From: Eledone cirrhosa
Lineage: Eukaryota
DNA: 64,000 bases
Assembly (NCBI GenBank): GCA_964016885.1
Contig: OZ024740.1
Location: forward strand, 411,432,001 to 411,496,000
Direction of reading: 5' to 3'
Part shown: piece after piece, positions 23,401 to 35,775 of the stretch
How positions within the stretch are numbered: position 1 is the first letter of the stretch
Layout: every line of letters begins with the position of its first letter
Program-made: the position numbers and the translations under genes
The notes under the pieces: model-generated
The model's input: the letters and a program-made list of their open reading frames with translations, nothing else
What the model was told of the DNA's origin: nothing
The model's database searches: none

Positions 23401-26100
23401 ACAAGTTCATCTTCCAGTAACCGGGACCCTGTCTATGCGTTCTATCAAGGTTGACCACGCAGGTCACTAATTTGTGATCTGAATAGCCAACCATGATCAA
23501 TTCTGGACAACTAAATACGTCCCTATCCTTACTCCTAACCAAAAACCTATCTAGGTACGATCTAGATTGTCCACTGCGGTTTGCCCAGGTCCAGGTTGGC
23601 GCAGTTGGACAATCTAGTCGAAATCTATCGACCAGGTCGAATCGATCGAGTAACCCCTTGAGGCTGCTACACCCCCCTCTATCGGGACATGCCCCTGCAT
23701 AGTCCCAACGCGCATCTAGGATTCCATTCCAGTCCCCCACTAAAAGCAGGGATCGCGACGTTCCTAGAAAAGTCTCCAGACGCTGGAAGAAGTCGGCTCT
23801 TTCAGCCCCGAAGGGGGCATAAAGACCGACCAGTCTGAAAGTCCCGCCTTCACCGCCTCCGACGTCCAGCACTAGTAATCGACACCCCGGGTCCGACCGA
23901 GTGAACAATCTGTACGTCGAGAGCCAGACGTTTATCCAGCAGTACGGCAACCCCCCCCCCCCGCCTCCGGGTTGACAGAGAGATGCGTGCATCTCAAAGT
24001 CATCGAAGGCGGGAGCCAGCTGTCGCACGCTGCTGATCCGACTCTCGCAAACAACCATCACATCTATACTTCGTGACCTGAGGTCAAGCTGAGCCCAGGC
24101 CACACGCGTTCAAACAGCCAACTCTCAATTGATCTATTTTGGTGTTGAAAGTGAAGAAAGAAAAGCACCTACCTCTCCGGGTTGTATAATTTCCATGGCG
24201 TCAGGTGTGTTGGGTGGAGGGATGTTTTGTGGTGGTGTGGGGGTACCCGAGTGTGGTGGGGTTGGGGTATTTGGAGTTGTGTCAGGGAGAGGGGAGGTTA
24301 TGGGGAAATCTTTCAAGAGGACGCGATTTAACGGTTTTAAACAGGGGGGGCTCACGTCTTGTCTAAAGTGTTCTTTTAAGGAACGATAAAGGTCCAGAGG
24401 GACTTTTATCATTTTTAAATGGGTGAAGTTCTCTGTTGAGATAAAGTTTGGCCCTTCGGTCTGCACCAAAGGGCTATTGTTTATTAATTTAAACAGTTTT
24501 TTGTTTTCTTTATTTATATATATTGTATTGCAACGTCTTTTTTTGTGATGCTGTCAATGTTTCGGAGAGGGGAGGCGCAGCTTTAATTTTGTTTGTTGAG
24601 GGTGGGGTGTTTTTGATTGGAGTTGGTGTTTGTGTGTGGGTTATTTGTGGTGTGCTGGGTGTGTGCTTTCTTTTTTTTCTTTTAACTTGTCTGAAGGCTT
24701 CTCCTCTTTCTTCTTCAGAAGTTGGGGGAAACTTTTTCAGCGCTAGGTGGGAGGGACGTGGTGTCTGGTTGTTTTTTTTTTGCGGGAGGGGTAGATTTGT
24801 TGCTGTTTTTTTTTGTTATTTGTTTGGAATGCGTTTTGTGGTGGTGGTGGTGATGTTTGTGTCGTGCTTGTGGTTGGTGATGGTGGTGGTGGTGTTTGTG
24901 TTGTGGTTGGTGATGGTGGTGGTGATTTTTGTGTCGTGCTTGTGTTTGGTGCTGGTGGTGGTGATGTTTCTGTTGTGCTTGTGGTTGGTGGTGTCTGTAT
25001 TTTGTTTGCTGTGTGTGGTATTAGTGTATTTTTGGAGGTGGGTGGTGTTGGTGTACTGTTTGTGGTGGGTGTGGGCAATAGTCCTTTTTGGGGGATACGT
25101 TTCGGGCAGTTGGCCTTAACGTGTCCCCTTTCCGTGCATAAATAGCATGCTGGTCTTCTCCCCTCTACAATTATATCTATTGGGGTGAGGTCATCCAGCC
25201 AGATGCGATCCGGGATTTGTGCCACTCTTTCGGGCCTCATTTGGACTAGTAGGTCGAGGCCCATTCCCAGGAACGCATCTCCAGATGCCTTCTCCATTGA
25301 CAGCACTGTGTCCTCGCCCATGTCTATGAAGCCAGTAATAGCCCACCAGAAGTCCATTGTGGGCAGCATTGTTTGTACTTTGACTCTCTGTGTTCTTCTA
25401 CCCATGTAGGAGGGATAGAAGCTGTATGTTGTTGAGGAGAGTGGGCTTAGGGAAAGCTTCTGCGCCGTTTCCTTGTCTTTTGTTAAGACCGAAATGCTGC
25501 CATAGAGTATGAAGAGAATATTCTTCATATAGTCTTTTAGGACCAACTCTATCTCCATTTGGCTGGGCTGTGCTGGCTTTCTCGTTTGGTTTAATATCGT
25601 TCTGAAGAGAACTGTGCTCTCTGTTCTCGCTTTCTTGAATTCTGGGGGGGGGGGGGTTAATGGAAAACATTCCGTTCTCCCCCAAGACTATGTGTTTCTT
25701 TGCTTCGGCCAGTTTTTCTCTGGCGGCAGTTAAGTCTATTGGTGTATATGTTATGGACTGTTTTGTTTTCTGGGCGAAAGTTGCCTCGTTGTTATTTGTG
25801 TTCTTATTTTCTGTTTGTTTGTTTTCCGTTTGCTCATTTTCCGTAACATCTTTAGTTCAATTATCTATTGATTCTGTTAACTAAATCGCCTATATTTCTA
25901 TAATCAAAATGCAATTAATCTGAAAAATAAATCTGGACACCAAACCTTAAAAAAGCTATAATGAAAATGGGATTAGGAACGCCAAAATATTGGCAAAAAA
26001 TGCTGCTACATTGCCAACACCTAACAAAACTTAGCAAAACAGAAATGGCTAAAGAAATCAAAACAAATAAAAAGCATAACGTGGTTTCTGAAAAATAGGA
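20477..26100 (-). mobile_element. Tx1 copy B4, near full-length (ORF1+ORF2); 5' boundary approximate
   Basis: ORF1 pieces span ~24134-25900 with CYLCTERGHVKANC. ORF2 lies in 640-aa and 476-aa overlapping frames. Short (ATAG)n tail at 20477-20486. Confidence 0.9.
20717..24130 (-). pseudogene. Tx1 ORF2 of copy B4 (few frameshifts)
   Basis: Motifs: VCES, GDWN, YLDRFLV, YSDHKLV, QGC/PLS split by a 1-nt deletion, YADD, CPRC..ETIAHALVHC. Confidence 0.9.
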
Positions 26101-26528
26101 CTCAAAAGTGTTTTACAAAACCAAAGCCGTCCCACCAGAAACTCTCAATATCACAATGAACTAAATTTCTTAAACATAACTGCAAAATATGACCTTATGG
26201 TGGCGTGGCGAAATTTGAATGTCATTATGTCTGACTGTCGCATCTGATTCAACATATACAGGCTGGTCCTACCAAAAAGTAATGAGAAACAGTTTATGTT
26301 CCCATCGCAGTATCGTCCTCTTTGGAGGAGCTGGTTTGCCGAATCTTACAGTGCATTCATATCGCACATTCTCCATGCACTTGCCAGAATGCACACGATC
26401 ATGTGTCCATACACTTGTAAGCAGCCTCTCTTCCAAACTGTAGGAGCTCTGAAATAGAAAATTATCTTATCATTATTTATATTATAATTAATGATATTAT
26501 ATATAATAATACTAAAACAAAAAATAAT

Positions 26529-26702
26529 TGTTTCTACTTTTGGCACAAAGCCAGCAATTATTACTGGTACATTATTTTATCGACCGTGTAAGGATGAAAG
26601 GCAAAGTTAACCTCGGCGGGATTTGAACTCAGATCATAAAGGGCCGTAACTCTTTGCTGCAAAGCATGGCGTCCGACCCTCTACCGATACTGCCAATCCA
26701 CC
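26529..26702 (-). mobile_element. SINE
   Basis: Consensus match. TSD aaaataat on both sides. Confidence 0.88.
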
Positions 26703-26747
26703 AAAATAATAAAAGTTAAAACAATATGTGACAAGGGAAGACAAGAC

Positions 26748-27042
26748 AAAATACGGCGGGATGAGGTGTTGTAATACAAATAAAGTAAAATACGGCGGGG
26801 CGAGGTGTTGTAATACCTGTAAAGTAAAATACGGCAAGGCGAGGTGTTGTAATACCTGTAAAGTAAAATACGGCAGGATGAGGTGTTGTAATACAAATAA
26901 AGTAAAATACGGCGGGATGAAGTGTTGTAATAGCAGTAAAGTCAGGTTAATAAATAAACAATAATAACTAAAACAAAGAAAATACAGAACAGAATAGAAT
27001 ACAAGAATAGGATCGCCCCAAATCGGTAATACCTCGTATAGA
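26748..27042 (+). repeat. Second copy of the 39-bp minisatellite (~5 units) plus ~100 bp of unique flank, duplicating ~15970-16302
   Basis: Same units, followed by gtcaggttaataaataaac...ggatcgccccaaatcggtaatacctcgtataga. Confidence 0.92.
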
Positions 27043-28955
27043 GTGATTCAAGACATACCAAGCGCAACCCAGGATTATACCTGGCTATACCTACATAGTT
27101 AACGTAGAAACATTTGGTGACATTCACTCTTCCTATTATTACGTTGGTAGATTGTAGAAACCTTATCTATTGGAATGGTAGGAAGCCACCAGCACCAGCT
27201 TATGTTCTATGTAATACTATGTAAACCCTATATATTAGAGATTCATGGATTTACTGTCATCGATTCATCGATTTACTATCATGTGAAAAGAGCGGGAGCG
27301 GAATTATCCCGTCATTCAACGCAGCCTGAATCGAATCTAAGCGTGAGAGATGCTGTCAATAGTCCTGCGCAACTTGAATACATTTATTCTTTGTTATTTA
27401 TTTGCAATAATGCCAATTAATGGTAAACTCATCAAATGTATTTTATCTTTATGTCCTTAGAACTATATTTAAAAGCTACGATTTCTGAAGAATTATAATC
27501 ATTTAGTTATCGCTCTAATGACCATATTATATTCCATCTATCAAAGTTGGCTACCAGCCAACTAAAATACGTTTAGATTTTTTCTGGAAATATTTTAGAA
27601 ATTAGATAGCCATGATCAGGAAATTCTGTTTGCAGGTTTATCTTTCTGACTAAATTAATTCTCTGCTATAAGATTACCTCCTCATAAATGATCATATCTG
27701 TTTATACTTGAATAGTATACTAAATATTAATGTATCTATGTGTAGATTTTTTACATGTAACTATATCTGTAAATAATTTATCAAGTCGTAGAGAAGTAAA
27801 AGTCTAACTTGATCTAGGTAAGGGCTGATTTCCACATAACCAGTACCAAATACATTAGCAGTAAATAACAATTTATGCTTCATATTTTCATATTGTTTCA
27901 ATAGTAATTAAAATATTCCTTTTAGAATAACTTAGTAAATCTGAAATTGTTTTTTTAGGGATGTAATGAATATTACAAATATATTTCAATTAGCAAGAAA
28001 TCTCAATCTACTAGTGCATGGTTGTAATAGATTGGCTGGAATAAGGTATATCAGTTGGTTGAATATTACCCACTACAACGTGATAAGAATCATTGGTGAA
28101 TAGGAAGGATTGGAAAACTGATGTGTCGATCTAAACTGAGCGTTACATGAAGGTCAGTCTCATACATCGCATTTTGCGTGATACATCAGCCCGCCATTGC
28201 AATACATCTGTCAGTCACCTGCTGTGATTTGCTGTGACTTCCAGAACATACATCAGAAATAGAATCCAGTGCATAAATATAATAATTCTCTGATACTGGC
28301 ATGAACGAATGACTCTTAATTAAATAAAGGGTCTGTAAAATTCACTGATGGGATTTATTAATTGAGTAAAATTGAAATTTCCTCGCTACGATTGTAAATA
28401 TACGAGTTATAAATATAACAGCAAATCATTTACAAACATTGTTGGAAATTACAAACAGTGATAACTTACGCTGTTCGATTGAAGGGTATATTTTTTTAAA
28501 ATCACAATTTAAGCTCCCCTGTATTATTAGTACCATGGAGAGGATCATAATTCCTATCATACAAGCTAACGATACAAATGTCTGCATATATTGAATATAG
28601 ATACTTTTATTTAATACAAATGTGGATAAAGGATGGTTTCAAAATTTGAACTTAATTTCTTTTAATACAATCATTCGACAATAAAGATTTAAATCACATG
28701 ATAACTACGTTACAGTATATACATTCAACTTCCAGAGTTCAAATTTTGTTATTTTAATAATCCATTTCGTACGCATGTCCTAAAAAATTGTATGGAGATG
28801 TTGTAAGTTGACTGACAATTAGATATGCCAGAATAGGGATTTTCACGTTAGCTTAGATAAAATGTTGTTTAGCAAATTTGTGTCATGGGATTTCGGGCAC
28901 CTGTATTGTCCCATGGTCTATGAATGATAAATATTGTGTCAGTGGTATTTTATAG

Positions 28956-28957
<2 letters not shown>

Positions 28958-29029
<72 letters not shown>

Positions 29030-29173
29030 CACACACACACACCACACACACACACATATATATATATATATACAAATGGAAGTTTAGTAGAATGGAAGCA
29101 CTGGCTGCGGGCAAGCTACATTTAGACAGCTTGACAAATTGAAAACTGCGACCAGTGAGCCTGCCGCAAGGAC

Positions 29174-29266
<93 letters not shown>

Positions 29267-29305
29267 AAATATATGTATATATATATATATATATATATGT
29301 ATAAA

Positions 29306-29378
<73 letters not shown>

Positions 29379-29410
29379 ATGTGTGGTCCTTGCGGCAGGC
29401 TCACCGGTCG

Positions 29411-29494
<84 letters not shown>

Positions 29495-29545
29495 ATATAC
29501 AAATGGAAGTTCAGTAGAATCGAAGCTCTGGCTGTGGCCATGCTA
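28958..29545. repeat. Microsatellite complex with inverted arms (29143-29176 / 29382-29416) and direct repeats (~29070 / ~29497)
   Basis: aaactgcgaccagtgagcctgccgcaaggaccacac is mirrored across the (TA)n block. tatacaaatggaagtt.agtagaat.gaagc.ctggctg occurs twice. Confidence 0.85.
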
Positions 29546-30355
29546 ACGAATGCAATCCTGAATGTGCAGCTAAGCACTCAATAATGTAGTTTCACCTTCG
29601 AGTAATAACATATGGTTAGACAGCTTAATGCCTTCAACGCGACTAGAACTGCTTCATTAGTAAGGAATCACCAGAAATGATTCCTGATGATTTCATACAA
29701 ATGAAGCCAGGTTTATTCAGAGTATCTCTATAATTGTGGTGTTTTTCTCGGTGTCGGCGAGGAGAGCCGCCCTCAGCAAAATGAATCACTTTTCCGTGAG
29801 GAACTTGTGTCACCGTGATTTTCACTAGACTTTAGCCACAGTAGCTAACCAACAAAATGAGCTCATCGCTATTCAGTTATGTCCTGAAATGTGCCCTGGC
29901 TTCCTGTGGGTGGCAAGAAAAACGTCCACAGCCCCATATTTTTTCCATGGGCTATGTAGGTTTCTTGTGCCTATACAGCACCCACAGCCTTCTGTATTTT
30001 GGATTCAGACACCCGCACTGCTCGGCGTGATTTCACACCAACTATACGGTAGGACAACGTCAAAGACGTCGTTTTCCATAACGTCAGATGGAGTGAATGA
30101 GGCTCACTCTGGGACCATTCTTTTTCACCATGTCATTGCTCACTATATTTGAAGCTCTCACGAATAAAAGTTAAAGTATATGGGCCGTCGTCCCAAATAT
30201 TATACGGTTTCCCTTCCTCCATGCAAAGTCGGGTGCAATATGTCCTATGATGAACAAATTTTATTTTTACAAAACACCAATTAAACAAGTTAAATCCACA
30301 AACCTGTTGGAACTCACAATCGCGCGTCTTACACATTCGTCGCCAATAATAATAA

Positions 30356-30574
30356 TGAGTTCTAGTATAGGCACAAGGCCAGCAATTAGAAGGGGGAGGG
30401 GAAAGTCGATTAAATCTACCCCAGTGCATTACTGGTACTTTATATTATCGACCCCGTAAGGATGAAAGTCAAAGCTAACCTTGGCGGAATTTAAACTCAG
30501 AACGTAAAGGGCCGTAACTCTATGACGCAAATCATGTTGACCGACACTCTACCGATCATGCCATTTCATCGCCC
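30356..30574 (-). mobile_element. SINE, older and longer subfamily
   Basis: Consensus match with an extra ~30-bp segment (gatttaatcgactttcccctcccc) near the 3' end. Confidence 0.8.
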
Positions 30575-30589
30575 TAATAGTATTCATTT

Positions 30590-31690
30590 TTATTATTATT
30601 ATTGTTCTTTGAGTCTCATTCATTGATGTTAGTTAACTGGAAAGTTTGTTGAAATGAATATCAAGCCGCTACCTGCAGCCTCAGATATTCAGGACGTATC
30701 GGAGGGTTCTTGCTGTTCCCAGCAAGCATGCCTTTTGAAATGTTCCGAAAAGCGGGGCGGGGCCAATTTTCTTTAACCATCCCTGGAAACTCTTTGAGAT
30801 AGTACCTAGTGCGCCTATGACAATCGGGACCACTTTGACTTCATGGCAGTTCCAAATCCTTTTTACCTCCCACTTTAGGTCCTGGTATCGGTTATTTTTC
30901 TTCCTCTTCTTCTCTTGTACTCTCGTGTCGAATGGGCAGGCCACATCCACAATGAGCACGATCTTTTTTCCTTGTCCAAACCCACCAGGTCAGGTCTATT
31001 GTGTTCCAGTTTCTTGTCCGTCTGTATCCTAAAATCCCACAGCAGCTTCACCTGATCGTTTTCTATCACCGACTCTGGCTTATGCTCATACAACTTCTCA
31101 AAATGTGGTAAATTGTTTACTTTGCATAGGTGCCAGTGGTTTACCCTGCCCATCACATCGTGTCTCCAGCCTTTATAGTGAGTTTGGGCTAGGTGTTTAC
31201 ACTCGGATACAATGTGAGCCACGGTCTCCTCTCTCTCTCTCTCCACATATCCTGCACAGTTGGCTAGCCTCCTCCTTGTAAATATGGTGTTTCAGCCACT
31301 TCGTTTTGAGGGCCTGCTCTTGTGCAGCCATTAGCATTCCTTCTGTACCCTTTTTAAGGTATCCTCCTTTCAACCAGTTCCATGTCTGTGGATCTCTGAA
31401 TTCAGTTTTCTCAAAGAAGGTACTATGAAGGGATTTTTCATGCTCTTTCTCCTCGTTGTTATTTCCTCGTTGGACATCCCCTGGACTATTGTCCTCTCCT
31501 TCAGTACAATTCTAAGCATTGGCTCCTTACTATCAGTCACGTATTTGCGTAGGTTGTTTTTCTCCATCTGAACACAGTCCTCTATGCTGATAAGACCTCT
31601 TCCACCTTCAGATCTCCTTAAGTAGAGTCTATCGACATCACACCTCTTGTGGAACATGTAGAATTATTATTATTATTATTATTATTATAG
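30590..31690 (-). mobile_element. 5'-truncated R4/Dong-like LINE, same family as 2909-4378, decayed
   Basis: Near-identical peptides (MFHKR.DVDRLYLRRSEGGRGL...TARTLRYVLNI) in broken frames. (TAA)n on the element strand at both ends. Confidence 0.9.
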
Positions 31691-31695
31691 TCCAA

Positions 31696-31883
31696 GGGCA
31701 GTGGATTGGCAGTATCGGTAGAGAGTCGGACACTATGCTTTGCAGCATAGAGTTACGGCCGTTTACGGTCTGAGTTAAAATCCCGCCGAGATTAACTTTG
31801 CCTTTCATCTTTACGGGGTCGATAAAATAAAGTACCAGTAATGCACTGGGGTAATTGCTGGCCTTGTGCCAAAAGTAGAAACA
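31696..31883 (+). mobile_element. SINE
   Basis: Consensus match. TSD attattattattatagtccaa on both sides. Confidence 0.92.
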
Positions 31884-32499
31884 ATTATTATTATTATAGT
31901 CCAAAATACATTCAGCAATCAATGCTTGTCTCATACTAAGAGGATGAGTATTAATTTTGTGCATTTTTCTATAATTAAAACCTTAGATGCTAATCTTCTC
32001 ATGTCTGTTGAAGTCAATTATGTTTCTTTTAATCTGGTTTTGCTTAGTGTTCGGTAGCTTAACGTGGTGCAGCTTCAGTTCGTGTTTTAAATACATAACT
32101 GAATTTGAGGACAAAGTAATTTCAAGATATAATCATGTCACCTATTGCCGCCATGGCGGTGTTGTATATTTGTTGTGGTAGACACATTGGAATCGGCTGA
32201 TAAAATATACGAACACTTATGAAATAATTAATTTCTCAAAATCATCTCTTTACGAAGTTCCAATATATGTAAACATTGAGGAATGATACCGTACCTTCTT
32301 ATAATCTAAAATATAAGCAAATGCATATGTAATGGCTAAATTTAATGTGTTCACATAGAAATAAGCTGTCAATGCTGTAATGTTTCTGGGAGCATCTTTT
32401 AAGTTTATAGCGACAAAACAAAATGAGAAATCGCTTAGAAAATAAAGCAAAGTAATTATAGAAACATCAGGAAATGGAAGTAAGAGATATAGAGGAAGA

Positions 32500-32660
32500 C
32501 TCCACTCCAGTACATTATTAGTACGTTTTTATCGACCTCGAATGGATGAAAGATAAAGTTGACCTTGGCGGGATTTGAACTCAGAAAGGAGAGAGCCGAA
32601 ATGATTACCGCTAAGCATTCTTCTATCTGAACTTTTAATGGCTCTGCCTATTCGCCGCCT
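32500..32660 (-). mobile_element. Diverged SINE
   Basis: Core tcgacc..ggatgaaag..aaagttgaccttggcgggatttgaactcag. Confidence 0.7.
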
Positions 32661-33258
32661 AGATTAAGCTATAGAACAATGTAGGCACAAATTTCCTACC
32701 CTGATATAATATATACATAACCATATAAAAAGTATACAGAAAACACATATTTTACAAGAACCCAAAGCAAAATATCTATAGAGTCGTTGAATACGTCATA
32801 AATCAACTCATATACAGGACATTTCATGTGCTGTAGGCAAACATAAACTGATAGCAAGGATACATTACAAAACAACAGAATTATAAATTCCCGCATCATC
32901 AGAAAATCTCTTCACTGTAAGTTAGAGAACAGATGTAATATACAATGTTCAATGTAAACGTAAACATTGTAAATTTTACAACTCACGCTGTGACATTGGA
33001 CAACAATGGATATTTTCTCGTCACTTACAAGGATATTTCGAACAACATCACCCGATATCATTTTTTAAATGTGTAAAATAAACTCGCGCACACGTATGTG
33101 TGTGTGGTCAAACGAAGAATATAACAGTATATAAGACGACTTCAGATATCAACAGGCTGAACTGCGGCTGGGAAGAAATTATTATGTTATAAGGATAGCC
33201 CCCGCACTAAGACCGTCATATTGTAGTGTCTTGCGAATATCATCATTTAGAATGATCT

Positions 33259-33437
33259 GATTGGCAGTATCGGTGGAGGGCTCGATGCCATGCTTTGCAG
33301 CATAGAGTTACGGCCCTTTATGATCTGAATTCAAATCCCGCCGAGGTTGACTTTCCTTTCATCCTTACAAGGTCGATGAAATAGAGTACCAGTAATGTAC
33401 TGAATAATTGCTGGCCTTGTGCCAAAAATAGAAACAA
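33259..33437 (+). mobile_element. SINE
   Basis: Consensus match. TSD atttagaatgatct. Confidence 0.9.
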
Positions 33438-34177
33438 TTATTTAGAATGATCTAAATCTGGAGTATCTCAGAAACGTCAGCTTGTAAAATAGAATAACCT
33501 GTAATCTATAGCTTTCGAATATTTAGAACAATAAATGTAAAATGTTATATTTTTCTTTTCTTTTTTTTGTATATAACGAGGTTCCTAAAGAAAGTGGAAT
33601 GATTTGTTCCAGTAATCTATACATATATATAAAACTGTAGTTGTCTGTGTGTGTGTGTGTGTCCTCATTTTTGCAAAGTCTATACAAATCCACATTTCTA
33701 CTCCGATTGACTTCAAACTTGCATTTATATATTCCTTGCGGTCTAAAGATATTAACTGCAGCTTTTATTTTTCAATTTTCTGTTGTTAAAGGGGTGTTAG
33801 GCGCCGGTTATCGATCTCCGTCGCGCCCTTATAATATCTGCCTGTATGCCTGGCTGTCGGCATAACGACATTATGACCAACAGGTCATTGCTGACGTATT
33901 ATCTTCGCCACATTCATGCACACACACACACACATATGTATACATATATATACATATTCACACACATATATATATATACACATATATATACACATATATA
34001 CACATATACATACACATATACATACATACATATATATATAGTAATAAGAATATTTATGTTTATATATGTTTGATACAACTATAAATATTGAGGGTAGTAC
34101 TAAGTACTATCCGGTTACCGGTATGACAAAAAGCTCAATGCAAATTTTCAAGTGTTTTACAGAGCCGAGATACACTT

Positions 34178-34236
<59 letters not shown>

Positions 34237-34240
<4 letters not shown>

Positions 34241-35687
34241 AGTTAGTATATCTACTAACATATATATACAGATGGATAGCTATGCCAGCAAATATATAGG
34301 TTTTGTCTTAGTAACTTTGTGGTTCAATGCATGGGGATGCAGAACAATAATATGAGAGACGTAAAATAAGAAAATTATAAAAATTAACTTACTTACTAAA
34401 ATTTCACTCCAACTAATTAGTTTCTGAAAGGGAATAAACATAGTTTCCAAAGAAACGTACGGAGAAGCCTTTCGTCATCAGGGAAGTCTATTCTCAGCTA
34501 AGTTTCCAGGCAATACGTGGACACAGGGAACTTATACAAAAATAATTCAGTGGATGGAAAAAAGCAAAGCATGGACTAAGTTCCAAGCCATTGAAAAAAT
34601 CACTGCCTACTGCGTCGGTGGCAAATTCAAAAGAATCAATCAGGTGACATCGAGGTCAATCAGTGAAGAGTGGTTTGTTAAGAAGACAGCAGCCGAACTG
34701 TTACTATGAACTATAGTAGTAGTTTTGGCCAATTTTGGCTCGACAAAATAATTTGGAGATAATTATAAAGAATTAGTATATCTACTAACATATATATACA
34801 GATGGATACCTATGCCAGCAAATATATAGGTTTTGTCTTAGTAACTTTGTGATTCAATGCATGGGGATGCAGAACAATAATATGAGAGACGTAAAATAAG
34901 AAAATTATAAAAATTAACTTACTTACTAAAATTTCACTCCAACTAATTAGTTTCTGAAAGGGAATAAACATAGTTTCCGAAGAAACGTACGGAGAAGCCT
35001 TTCGTCATCAGGGAAGTCTATCCTCAGCTAAATTTCCAGGCAATACGTGGACACAGGGAACTTATACAAAAATAATTCAGTGGATGGAAAAAAGCAAAGC
35101 GTGGACTAAGTTCCAAGCCATTGAAAAAATCACTGCCTACTGCGTCTTATTTTACGTCTCTCATATTATTGTTCTGCATCCCCATGCATTGGACCACAAA
35201 GTTACTAAGACAAAACCTATATATTTGCTGGCATAGGTATCCATCTGTATATATATGTTAGTAGATATACTAATTCTTTATAATTATCCCCAAATTATTT
35301 TGTCGAGCCAAAATTGGCCAAAACTGCTACTATAGTTCACAGTAACAGTTCGGCTGCTGTCTTCTTAACAAACCACTCTTCACTGATTGACCTCGATGTC
35401 ACGTGATTGATTCTTTTGAATTTGCCACCGAAGCAGTAGGCAGTGATTTTTTTCAATGGCTTGGAACTTAGTCCACGCTTTGCTTTTTTCCATCCACTGA
35501 CTTATTTTTGTATAAGTTCCCTGTGTCCACGTATTGCCTGGAAACTTAGCTGAGAATAGACTTCCCTGATGACGAAAGGCTTCTCCGTACGTTTCTTCGG
35601 AAACTATGTTTATTCCCTTTCAGAAACTAATTAGTTGGAGTGAAATTTTAGTAAGTAAGTTAATTTTTATAATTTTCTTATTTTACG

Positions 35688-35696
<9 letters not shown>
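34237..35696. repeat. ~530-bp unit: 1.7 tandem copies followed by one circularly permuted inverted copy, between (TA)n tracts
   Basis: Unit starts are at 34237 and 34767, with an inversion junction at ~35146. The inverted part reads through the unit junction and repeats cttattttacgtctctcata at 35146 and 35677. Confidence 0.93.
35559..35641 (+). ncRNA. Putative type I hammerhead ribozyme; further copies on the - strand at 34406-34487 and 34936-35017
   Basis: acttcc-CTGATGA-c-GAAAGG...CCTTTC-a-GAAAC-TAATTA-GTT-ggagt. It has the conserved core, a stem II, a palindromic stem III (AACTAATTAGTT) and a short stem I. Confidence 0.62.

Positions 35697-35769
<73 letters not shown>

Positions 35770-35775
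<6 letters not shown>

Noticed and set aside
11023-25409. Numerous plus-strand ORFs overlapping the Tx1 copies
   Set aside because: They are antisense shadows of GC-rich or low-complexity retrotransposon coding sequence, with no recognisable motifs.
27045-28950. Possible host-gene exons in unique AT-rich stretches (also 44740-46200, 54300-55100, 59700-63050)
   Set aside because: No recognisable protein similarity or convincing ORF. Small exons cannot be excluded without transcript data.
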